A stretch of DNA of 64,000 nucleotides from Anaerolineales bacterium (GTDB lineage: Bacteria; Chloroflexota; Anaerolineae; Anaerolineales; E44-bin32): assembly GCA_034417075.1 (NCBI GenBank), contig DAOULU010000006.1, forward strand, positions 138,283 through 202,282, given 5' to 3'. The translations under genes and the position numbers were made by a program. Shown piece after piece: positions 10,267 through 18,647 of the stretch (the first letter of the stretch is position 1; every line of letters begins with the position of its first letter). The notes under the pieces are model-generated. The model had not been told where the DNA came from. It searched no databases and saw only the letters and a list, made by a program, of their open reading frames with translations.

Positions 10267-11214
10267 TTATTTTTGCCACGCATCGGCCAGGAAGTCGAGC
10301 ATATCGTCAAAAACCAGAATCCAGCCTTCGCGATTGTGCCCGCCTTGCGAGAATATATAGGTGTGAGGAATTCCCTGCTGTTCAAGCAGCGAAACCAGCT
10401 TCTCGGTCGCCTGGCGGAAGGACGGCTCGCCTTTCCCGGCGCTGAGAAAAATCGCCGATGGCAGCCGACGATCGCCACTTGCGAGAAGGAGGGGATCGTA
10501 CGCCGGGCGGGCATGATTGACGTTCAACGCCGGGCTCAAGGCCATCACCGCGTCGAACACGTCCGGGTGGCGGAACGCAATCTCCAACGCCCACACACCA
10601 CCCCGAGAGACGCCCGCCAGCGCACGCGCCCGTGCTCGGGAATCGACGGGATAATTCTGTTCGATTGCCGGAAGCAGATCATCGATGAACTCTGCTTCGT
10701 AGGAATCGGGACCGCCATCGCTGCTCGTAAACAGCGGCTCCGGAGCACGCGGCATGACCATCAAAATCCCTGGGAGCATGTCCGTGGAGATCGCACGATC
10801 CACCCACTCCGTAAACCCCAGGTCAACCCAATGAGTCTCGTCGAAAGGAAAACCGTGTAGGAGGTAGAGTACGGGATACCGCCGGCTTTCATCGGGGTAA
10901 CACGGCGGCAGATACATCAGATAAGGCACCTGTTCTCTCAACAGGCTGCTCGTATATTCTCCCTGTTCGATACGACCGTGCTGTTCCAGGCAAACCGGTG
11001 TAGGGCTCAATGTGGGCGTGAGGCTTGGCGCCGGTGTCTTCGACGGCGGTAGTGTTTGGGTCGCTTGCGGTGTTCGCGTCGCTTCCGCCGTCGGAGCTAC
11101 CGTCGCGTCCCCTGCAGGATTGCAACTCGTGCCGCCAATCACGAGAACGATGCAGCCCATAAGGTAAAGTATACACTTCAACACCCTTCGATCGGTTTGC
11201 GGAATGGATTCCAT
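10267..11214 (-). CDS. Secreted alpha/beta-hydrolase, putative esterase family (possible lipoprotein)
   Basis: GxSxG nucleophile elbow GVSRGG, YPVLYLLHG oxyanion-type motif, signal/lipobox-like LVIGGTSC. The start is uncertain: the ORF extends to 11265, and I prefer the Met at 11214 (MESIPQ..). Confidence 0.7.
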   Translation of the reverse strand: MESIPQTDRRVLKCILYLMGCIVLVIGGTSCNPAGDATVAPTAEATRTPQATQTLPPSKTPAPSLTPTLSPTPVCLEQHGRIEQGEYTSSLLREQVPYLMYLPPCYPDESRRYPVLYLLHGFPFDETHWVDLGFTEWVDRAISTDMLPGILMVMPRAPEPLFTSSDGGPDSYEAEFIDDLLPAIEQNYPVDSRARARALAGVSRGGVWALEIAFRHPDVFDAVMALSPALNVNHARPAYDPLLLASGDRRLPSAIFLSAGKGEPSFRQATEKLVSLLEQQGIPHTYIFSQGGHNREGWILVFDDMLDFLADAWQK

Positions 11215-11350
11215 GCTGTCAGTCTGCCTGGTTTGATGACAATCGTTTCCCATCGTGAACTCCAATCATACCGCAATTCATGTAGGCAAGCCCGCGGGAA
11301 CAGATTCCCGGCTTTTCCATTCCATCCGATCAGCGCTGCAGTTGGACATC

Positions 11351-11379
11351 CGACAAATCAGACCCGATCGGGTTATAAT
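11351..11379 (+). promoter_or_regulatory. Sigma-70-type promoter of miaB, geometry implies a leaderless mRNA
   Basis: CGACAA (11351-56), 17 nt spacer, TATAAT (11374-79), 7 nt, then ATG 11387. No purine-rich SD in between. Confidence 0.45.
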
Positions 11380-11386
11380 CGTCCCC

Positions 11387-12739
11387 ATGAAGTACCACAT
11401 TTGGACCGCCGGCTGCCAGATGAACGTCGCCGATTCTCAGCGCGTGGCTTCCGCCTTGGAGCGCCTGGGCTACGCCGCATCCGAAGACATCGAGCAGGCG
11501 GATGTCATCGTGCTGAACACCTGCGTCGTGCGCCAGAGCGCCGAAGACAAAGCCTACGGCCGACTCCAATCGCTGAAGCCGCTGAAAGCACACAATCCCG
11601 ATATGGTCATCAACCTCATGGGCTGTCTGGTCGGCGTGAAGGACAATCCCAAGCTGCGGAAGGTCTTTCCCCACGTCGACGTATTTTCACCGCCCTCGGA
11701 TCCGAGTCCGCTGATCGAGTATCTGCTATTGAAGGATGCCCATGACGTCGACAAAGCAGAAACGGAACGCCGCCATGCCATCATGGACGGCGAGTTACAG
11801 TTGCCCCGAGCCCAACGCGGGAAAGCCGTTTCGGCTTTCATTCCCGTGGTGTATGGCTGCTCGCACGCCTGTTCGTACTGCGTCATTCCCTACCGCCGCG
11901 GTGCCGAACGCAGTAGGCCGCTCGCCGAAGTCGTCGCAGAAGTGAACACCCTCGCCGCGCAGGGTGTGCGGGAAGTCACCTTGCTAGGACAGATCGTCGA
12001 TCGCTACGGCAAAGACTTCGAAAATGGGGAAACGCTTAGCAGTCTGCTGCGCGCTGTGCACGCCGTCGATGGAATCCAGCGCATCCGCTTCCTGACCTCC
12101 CATCCCAATTGGATGAACGACGAACTACTGCACACGGTCGCCGAATTGCCCAAAGTGTGCGAGCACATCGAAGTTCCCGTGCAAGCCGGCGACGACGAGA
12201 TTCTGCGCCAAATGAAGCGCGGTTACAGCGTGGACGATTACCGGCGTTTGATTGAGCGTATCCGCCATCGAATATCGGACGTATCCATCGCCACCGACAT
12301 CATCGTCGGGTTCCCGGGTGAAACGGAAGCCCAATTCCGGCGCACCTACGATCTGCTCGAGGAGCTGCGTTTGGACGTCGCCCATCTGGCTCGTTATTCA
12401 CCACGGCCAGACACCGTGTCCGCAAGACGCATGTCGGACGACGTAGCCGAGGAAGAGAAGATGCGCCGTTTCCGGGCGTTGGAAGCCCTGCAAGCCGACA
12501 TCGCCGCGGAGATCAACGCCGGCTGCCAGGATCGAATCGTCGAGGTTCTTGTCGAAGAAAACCATCGTGGCCGATGGAAAGGTCGCACGCGGACCAACAA
12601 GCTGGTATTTTTCGACTCTGATGAAGATCTGCTGGGCAAATTGGTGCCGGTACGCGTCGAGTGGACTGGTCCCTGGTCGTTGATTGCATCCCCCACAGTT
12701 TCCGAAGAGATCCCCGCAGATATCTCCACCCCACATTGA
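11387..12739 (+). CDS. miaB: tRNA-2-methylthio-N6-dimethylallyladenosine synthase
   Basis: MKYHIWTAGCQMN UPF0004 N-terminus, radical-SAM CSHACSYC, C-terminal TRAM domain. The longer ORF from 11255 would overlap the divergent esterase gene and adds non-conserved residues. Confidence 0.93.
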   Translation: MKYHIWTAGCQMNVADSQRVASALERLGYAASEDIEQADVIVLNTCVVRQSAEDKAYGRLQSLKPLKAHNPDMVINLMGCLVGVKDNPKLRKVFPHVDVFSPPSDPSPLIEYLLLKDAHDVDKAETERRHAIMDGELQLPRAQRGKAVSAFIPVVYGCSHACSYCVIPYRRGAERSRPLAEVVAEVNTLAAQGVREVTLLGQIVDRYGKDFENGETLSSLLRAVHAVDGIQRIRFLTSHPNWMNDELLHTVAELPKVCEHIEVPVQAGDDEILRQMKRGYSVDDYRRLIERIRHRISDVSIATDIIVGFPGETEAQFRRTYDLLEELRLDVAHLARYSPRPDTVSARRMSDDVAEEEKMRRFRALEALQADIAAEINAGCQDRIVEVLVEENHRGRWKGRTRTNKLVFFDSDEDLLGKLVPVRVEWTGPWSLIASPTVSEEIPADISTPH

Positions 12740-13106
12740 ACTTTGTAATCATTAACGCGAGAATAACTCCATACACTTCTCGCTGATGTCCGATCGATCA
12801 CGTCGGCGGGACAGCATGCTTAAAACGCTGCTAGACAATGGAAGAAACGTGCAAGTCGAAAGATTCCAGTCGGTATCGTAACGAATATATCGCGGCAATC
12901 CCATACATCAATGGATGTACAAGCGTGTCACAAACCGAGCGCTTTTAGCGTTTCAGAGTTGTGAAAAACCTGTTTTTCGGGAGGAGGCTCACTCTTACCG
13001 CATGCCAATATTCCGGTGGGTGGCCAGGTCTTTTTGAGTCCTTCGCTTTCGAATAGCGTCCAGTAGCCACATCTGGCACTGGACCGTGTGAAGAAGTGGG
13101 GAAAAC

Positions 13107-15743
13107 ATGAAGCAATATTCACTCCTCATACAACTGCTCCTCTTATCTACTGTTGTCGTGATGGCTGCAGCATTCACTCCGATCCCGGCTAACGCAAATG
13201 GTGATTGGATCGTGGTTAACACAGAAAACGATATGGACGATGGCGTCTGTGACAATACTCATTGTTCTCTCCGCGAAGCTATCAACCACGCCAACCTTCT
13301 TCCAGGGAAGCAAGGGATTTCCTTCAATATCCCGAATTCCAATCCCTTCGCCATTATCCAGGCGTGCGGTCCACTGCCAGATATCACGGACCCGGTCCTC
13401 ATCGACGGTACGTGGCCGCTCGGACCGAATGCGCCCCCCCGAGTCGTGATCCGACCCGACAAGAGACGAGAATGCCCCATAACTCCTCCCAGCCATGGAT
13501 TCTGGATCGTCGCTAATAACGTCACGATCCGCAACCTCAGCATGGTCAATTTCTTCAGCTTTCAGGCATTGGTATCCGGCGCCATCATCGTCGATACTGG
13601 AGCAAATGCAGTCATCGAAAACAACCTGCTCGGCATCTACCCCACCGGTTTCGTTCAAGGCAATTACAACGCCATTTATTTGAATGACGATCACCACACT
13701 GTACGGGACAATGTAATCTCCGGTAACTGGAATGGCATCCAGGTTCGCGGCGCGGATGTAACCATCCAGGGGAATTTTATCGGCACCGATATCTCCGGGA
13801 CTACAAGTAATTTTTCTCTACGCAATGCAATTGGAGTGTTTTTAACACTTTGGAGTGAGGCGAGTGTCATCGGTGGCGTCAATCCCGGTGAGATGAATTT
13901 GATCTCCAACAACGGAACCGGTATCGATGTCACATCCTCCCATAACACGATAATTGGGAATCAGATCGGAACGGACATTTCTGGAACTCTGGATCTGGGA
14001 AATTCCAATGGGATCATCATAACAGGACCCCGCAATACCATCGGTGGTGACCTGCCTGGAGAGGGCAATCTGATATCAGGTAATTCCATGGCAATTAGCA
14101 TCGGCACTGCCGGGGATAACAATATTATTCAAGGCAACTTGATCGGCACCGACTTCAGCGGCACCCAGCCCCTGGCAAATGCACAAGATAATTATCGCGG
14201 CATGGTTATCTTAGGTCAGGACAATTTGGTCGGCGGACTCAATGCTGGCGAGAACAATCTGATCGCCTACATTATTCACGAAGGCATTGAATTCGGAATG
14301 GATGCCAGCGACAATCAAATCCGCGGGAACACGATCATCCATAACGAACTCGGTGTGCTTGTTAAAACAGATCTCTGGGACACCGCGTTGAGAAACACAC
14401 TGACACAAAATGAGATTCACTCCAACTCTGGGTTGGGAATCGATCTCGAACCAGCCGGTGTTTCACCTAACGACCCCGGCGACACGGACAACGGCGGGAA
14501 TACGGTGCTCAACTTCCCGGAATTCAGTGTCAGCATGAATGCTGCCGCAGGAACGGCATGCCCCGAGTGTGTCGTTGAGCTCTTCTTTTCCGACAATGAC
14601 CCTTCAGGGTACGGCGAAGGTGAAACATTCATCGACAGCACCATTGCCGATACAAACGGCAACTTCATGATCCCATTAAATCTACCCATCTCCGGCTGTT
14701 CCCGTTTTTCCGCCACAGCGACGGACCTCCTGGGAAACACCTCCGAGTTTTCCGAAAACGTGGAGTTTGGTTTTTGTCTGGCGGTTGATCCCTGGGTGAT
14801 TCTCACTCCCTTGGTTGCTTTTGGGTTAAGCCTGGGAATCGGCTTCTTTGTTGGACGAAAACCCAACATCAATGGGCGCACAGCACTCGCTGCAGCCGGC
14901 GCTGCTGGTTTCGCTCTCGCGGGGACACTGTTTGTGATCTTGAGAGGACCCTCCGAACTTCCTCCACAGGGATCCGAAGACTCCGAAGTTTGGTCCAGAC
15001 TGCAATCCTGCAGTGAATATCTCGAACCGGATAGTATATCCCCCACCGAAGGGATGCTTTTCGAGCTGGAAGACGACCCCCTGTTCACCTGGGCTCCGCT
15101 CGACAACCTACCCCCGGGTTCGATCCGCTGGACGGTTGAACTGGCGAAACTTTCGGATTCACCGGAAAGCCAGAGCACGAGCGAGGCTCATCTGGCATTT
15201 TCGACATTCGGCATTCAACCCGATCCCGCAACAATCTTTAAATGGCGCCTCAGCGGAGAATTAGCCGATAAGGACGGTGGTGAATGGCGCTTCTTCTGCT
15301 CGCCCACAGACTGGCTGCCGTTTCAGATCGGCTTGCTTCCGGTCGTAAAGGCACCCTCCGATACACCCGAACCGTCACCCACACCCACTCCGACTCCAAC
15401 TTCTCAGTATTGCGTCTATACGGCGATCGAAAACGCCAATTGCCGCAGCAGTGATTACAAAGAATCGGAGCAAATCGCCATCCTCATGCAAGGTGAAAGT
15501 GCAGAACTCTTGAGCCTCAATCCCGAATTCACCCATGGACAGTTTTTACTCGATCAGGAGTTATGCTGGATCTGGCTCGGTTTGTTGGATGGGCCCGAAA
15601 ATCCCTTCGGCACGTGCAGCGTGCCGATCATCGATCCCGCACCGGCTTGCACGTCGGAACTGGATGAGCAAGCCTGTATACTCGCCGGCGGACAGATCAG
15701 TGAAACGCGCACGACAGCACCTTACTGCGTCTGCCCGGATTGA
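13107..15743 (+). CDS. Surface protein paralog 1 of 4: signal peptide, CSLREA motif, parallel beta-helix repeats, internal TM hairpin, C-terminal 8-Cys domain
   Basis: 878 aa. Signal peptide MKQYSLLIQLLLLSTVVVMAAA, VVNTENDMDDGVCDNTHCSLREAINHAN, many NxIxGNxIGTDxSGT repeats, GIDLEPAGVSPNDPGDTDNGGNTVLNFP, ATATDLLGNTSEFSEN. Two hydrophobic helices flank RKPNINGR. PT linker, then the Cys-rich end ..YCVCPD. Confidence 0.9.
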   Translation: MKQYSLLIQLLLLSTVVVMAAAFTPIPANANGDWIVVNTENDMDDGVCDNTHCSLREAINHANLLPGKQGISFNIPNSNPFAIIQACGPLPDITDPVLIDGTWPLGPNAPPRVVIRPDKRRECPITPPSHGFWIVANNVTIRNLSMVNFFSFQALVSGAIIVDTGANAVIENNLLGIYPTGFVQGNYNAIYLNDDHHTVRDNVISGNWNGIQVRGADVTIQGNFIGTDISGTTSNFSLRNAIGVFLTLWSEASVIGGVNPGEMNLISNNGTGIDVTSSHNTIIGNQIGTDISGTLDLGNSNGIIITGPRNTIGGDLPGEGNLISGNSMAISIGTAGDNNIIQGNLIGTDFSGTQPLANAQDNYRGMVILGQDNLVGGLNAGENNLIAYIIHEGIEFGMDASDNQIRGNTIIHNELGVLVKTDLWDTALRNTLTQNEIHSNSGLGIDLEPAGVSPNDPGDTDNGGNTVLNFPEFSVSMNAAAGTACPECVVELFFSDNDPSGYGEGETFIDSTIADTNGNFMIPLNLPISGCSRFSATATDLLGNTSEFSENVEFGFCLAVDPWVILTPLVAFGLSLGIGFFVGRKPNINGRTALAAAGAAGFALAGTLFVILRGPSELPPQGSEDSEVWSRLQSCSEYLEPDSISPTEGMLFELEDDPLFTWAPLDNLPPGSIRWTVELAKLSDSPESQSTSEAHLAFSTFGIQPDPATIFKWRLSGELADKDGGEWRFFCSPTDWLPFQIGLLPVVKAPSDTPEPSPTPTPTPTSQYCVYTAIENANCRSSDYKESEQIAILMQGESAELLSLNPEFTHGQFLLDQELCWIWLGLLDGPENPFGTCSVPIIDPAPACTSELDEQACILAGGQISETRTTAPYCVCPD

Positions 15744-15835
15744 AATACGCAGACGTAGGGAACGATGGACTCCGAAGCGGGCATTTCCTCACTGGGGAGG
15801 TGTTCGAAAGCAAGTCAGAAGGTTTGGAGATGAAA

Positions 15836-18565
15836 ATGAATAAGAAGCGGATCTTGTACCTTACCCTCGCCGTAACACTGTCGCTCTTCGCCCTCGTCAT
15901 GCAGCCCATGGCTTCCGGCTACGCCGGAGGGGGCATTATCGAGGTCAACACGATAGACGACACCGACGACGGCGTCTGCGATGCGGCACACTGCTCGCTG
16001 CGCGAGGCGATCAACTGGGCCAACACCATGGCCGGTACACCGACGATCACCTTCGATATCGCCGGTTCCGGCCCGCACGTCATCGACCTGTGCCATGCGC
16101 TGCCGCAGCTGACCAGTTCGGGCACGACCATCGACGGCACCACAGAACCGAGCTACACCGGAACCCCCGTTGTCGTCGTGCACCCGGCATTTCTTTCCAA
16201 TACCCCGCCGCCGCTGACCCACGTCCCGCCGTGTATTCCGCCTTCGGTCGGTCTGTGGATCGAAACCGACGACATCACCGTGAGAGGCTTGAGCATCGTC
16301 GGTTTTCGCCAGACATGGCCGGCGATCGCCGCCGGGATCGTGGTCGCCAACGGCAGCAACAACCTTATCGATGCAAATTACATCGGTCTGGACGCCAGCG
16401 GCTCACCGGACGGTAACCGCGACGGGATTCTCCTCGGTGCAACCGGCCAAGAGGTTCGTCACAACACCATCTCCGGCAACGACACCGGCATCCACGTCCG
16501 CGCCGGCGAACAAACAATAAACGCTAACCGCATCGGCACGGATTTCTCCGGCAGCACGAGCGGAACCGGAATGGGCAACTACCGCGGTATCCGTATCGAG
16601 CCGGCCGCGGATGCCAACCACATCGGATCCTCCGATCCCATACATAAGAACGTAATCTCCGGCAATACCGCCGTCGGGATCGAGGTGGAATCCGCCGACA
16701 ACATTATCCAGGGTAACTACATCGGCTGCAACATCAGCGGCGATACCGCATTGGGCCAACAGGAAGGTGTGGTGCTCGGAGGCAACAGCAATCTTCTCGG
16801 TGGGAATAATGCCGGTGATGGCAACCTGATCTCCGGAAACGACATCGATGGCGTGATCGTTGGTGGAAGCGGTCACCAAATCCTAGGCAACACGATCGGA
16901 GCAGACATCAACGGCCTCCCATTGGGAAATCAAAATGGCATCTTCAGCATACAAAGTGACAATGTCATCATCGGCACAAACGCCACTGCCTCTGGCAACC
17001 TGATCGCGCATAACAGCTTACATGGCGTGATGCTCTTGGCGAGATCCAAAACTTACCACATCGCCGGCAACACGATCACCCAGAATGGTGGTGACGGCAT
17101 TATATTGGGAACATTTTCCATGAGTCCCGATGTCCCCGAGCAAATCACCATCAACCGCAACAGCATATACGATAACGGAGGCCTGGGGATCGACCTTTAT
17201 CCAGCCGGTGTTACACCCAACGACCCGGGCGATGCGGATTCAGGCCCCAACACGCTGCTCAATTTCCCCGAGCTCAGCCAGGTGACGTCCACCAATGCAC
17301 AGGGAACCGTCTGCGCTAGCTGCCGTGTGGAGGCTTTCATCGCCGACGGCGATCCCACAGGATACGGCGAAGGCATGACCTTCGTCGGGGAAGCGTTCGC
17401 TGACTCCTCCGGCAGCTTGAGCCTTCCACTCGACGTGAACCTGGTTTCCACCTGCGATCTGATCACGACGCGAGCGACAGACGGGGCCGGCAACAGTTCC
17501 GAATTCTCGGAAAACATGCGCGTTTCGCCCTGCTTCACGCTACGTCGGCCGTGGTTATTTGCACCACCCATCCTGCTGGGTCTGCTGGGGTTGCTCGGAG
17601 GCCGCCGCGCAGGACGCGGCAAACCCGGGCTGGCTTCCGCCGCGGGCGGCGCTGCAATCGGCGTCGGGATCGGCGGCGGACTCATCCTCCTAGCGATCGT
17701 ACTGCCCTTTGTGCACATCGAAAAACCACAGGAAGACGTAGGCTTACCCGCCGTGCAGCAGCCCTGCGATCGTTTCCTCGATCCGGCCGGGCTCTCGCCT
17801 GCCGATGGATCGATATTCGAGATCGATGACAACGGCTGGGAATTTACTTGGAGTCCATCACCCGAGATGCCAGATGGAGAGTTCCGCTGGCTCGTCGAGC
17901 TGGCGTCAGCGGACGGCAGCATACAGCAATTGACGACCACCGGAAATTCGCTGCCCTTCCTGTCCTTCGATACTGAAATCTCACAAGGCGCCGTGTTCTC
18001 CTGGCGCCTCAGCGCCGAACAGGCCATCCCCGGTACGGACCGCTGGGAGCCCTTCTGTCGGCAGTTCGCTTGGCACACCTTCCAGTTCGGCGAGCGCCCA
18101 CCGCTCAACGCCCCACCCTGGACGCCCGACGAGTGGAGTGAACCCGAAGACACGCCGACACCAACTTCAACTCCCACAGAAACTCCAACGCCGACTCCCG
18201 AGGAATTGGTTTGTGTGTACGAGGCGCTGCAGAATTCAAACTGCCGCGCCAGCGACTACGCAGAAGCGTTACAAATTTCGATCCTCATGCAGGGCGAGAC
18301 GGCCGAACTGCTAGCCTTGAACCCCGAGTTCTCCTACGGCCAATTCAACCTCGGCCAGGGCGCGTGTTGGATTTGGCTTGGCTTGCTGGACGGACCGGAA
18401 AATCCATTCGATACCTGTGACGTACCGGTCGTCGATCCGCCCTCACCGCCTACGGAGACACCGCCCGCCTGCACACCGGACCTGGATGAAGAAGCGTGTG
18501 TGCTGAGTGGTGGCACGTGGTCGGAGGGCGTGAGTCGAGCGCCCTATTGTGTGTGTCCCGAGTGA
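15836..18565 (+). CDS. Surface protein paralog 2 of 4 (same architecture)
   Basis: Colinear with paralog 1 (HCSLREAINWAN, GIDLYPAGVTPNDPGDADSGPNTLLNFP, GNSSEFSEN, loop GGRRAGRGKPG, end YCVCPE). GGAG lies 6 nt before ATG 15836. ATG 15830 and the TTG-extended ORF from 15740 are less likely starts. Confidence 0.88.
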   Translation: MNKKRILYLTLAVTLSLFALVMQPMASGYAGGGIIEVNTIDDTDDGVCDAAHCSLREAINWANTMAGTPTITFDIAGSGPHVIDLCHALPQLTSSGTTIDGTTEPSYTGTPVVVVHPAFLSNTPPPLTHVPPCIPPSVGLWIETDDITVRGLSIVGFRQTWPAIAAGIVVANGSNNLIDANYIGLDASGSPDGNRDGILLGATGQEVRHNTISGNDTGIHVRAGEQTINANRIGTDFSGSTSGTGMGNYRGIRIEPAADANHIGSSDPIHKNVISGNTAVGIEVESADNIIQGNYIGCNISGDTALGQQEGVVLGGNSNLLGGNNAGDGNLISGNDIDGVIVGGSGHQILGNTIGADINGLPLGNQNGIFSIQSDNVIIGTNATASGNLIAHNSLHGVMLLARSKTYHIAGNTITQNGGDGIILGTFSMSPDVPEQITINRNSIYDNGGLGIDLYPAGVTPNDPGDADSGPNTLLNFPELSQVTSTNAQGTVCASCRVEAFIADGDPTGYGEGMTFVGEAFADSSGSLSLPLDVNLVSTCDLITTRATDGAGNSSEFSENMRVSPCFTLRRPWLFAPPILLGLLGLLGGRRAGRGKPGLASAAGGAAIGVGIGGGLILLAIVLPFVHIEKPQEDVGLPAVQQPCDRFLDPAGLSPADGSIFEIDDNGWEFTWSPSPEMPDGEFRWLVELASADGSIQQLTTTGNSLPFLSFDTEISQGAVFSWRLSAEQAIPGTDRWEPFCRQFAWHTFQFGERPPLNAPPWTPDEWSEPEDTPTPTSTPTETPTPTPEELVCVYEALQNSNCRASDYAEALQISILMQGETAELLALNPEFSYGQFNLGQGACWIWLGLLDGPENPFDTCDVPVVDPPSPPTETPPACTPDLDEEACVLSGGTWSEGVSRAPYCVCPE

Positions 18566-18647
18566 GAGGCTGCATGCGCATTCAGCGAACGGGAATTTCC
18601 GCAGTGAATAGACACGTGAAACCATCCTGCCCCGTAGGAGGTGCAAG

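Noticed and set aside
15740-15835. 5' extensions of several track ORFs (15740, 44098, 11255, 62425, 47526 on +; 41762, 59795, 51895, 49242, 11265 on -).
   Set aside because: The extensions overlap the preceding gene or lack homology. Internal starts with well-placed SD sequences (or GTGA stop/start coupling for nadB) give proteins that begin where family conservation begins.
17197-18177. Long antisense ORFs inside GC-rich genes (e.g. 17197-18177 -, 14417-15178 -, 18900-19655 -, 921-1736 -, 4291-5118 +, 57996-59597 +, 59744-60829 +).
   Set aside because: Each lies fully opposite a gene with strong, recognisable motifs (surface paralogs, uvrA, ABC ATPase/adaptor, nadB, nadA). Their translations are low-complexity Arg/Pro/Gly/Ser-rich, as expected for shadow frames in high-GC DNA.
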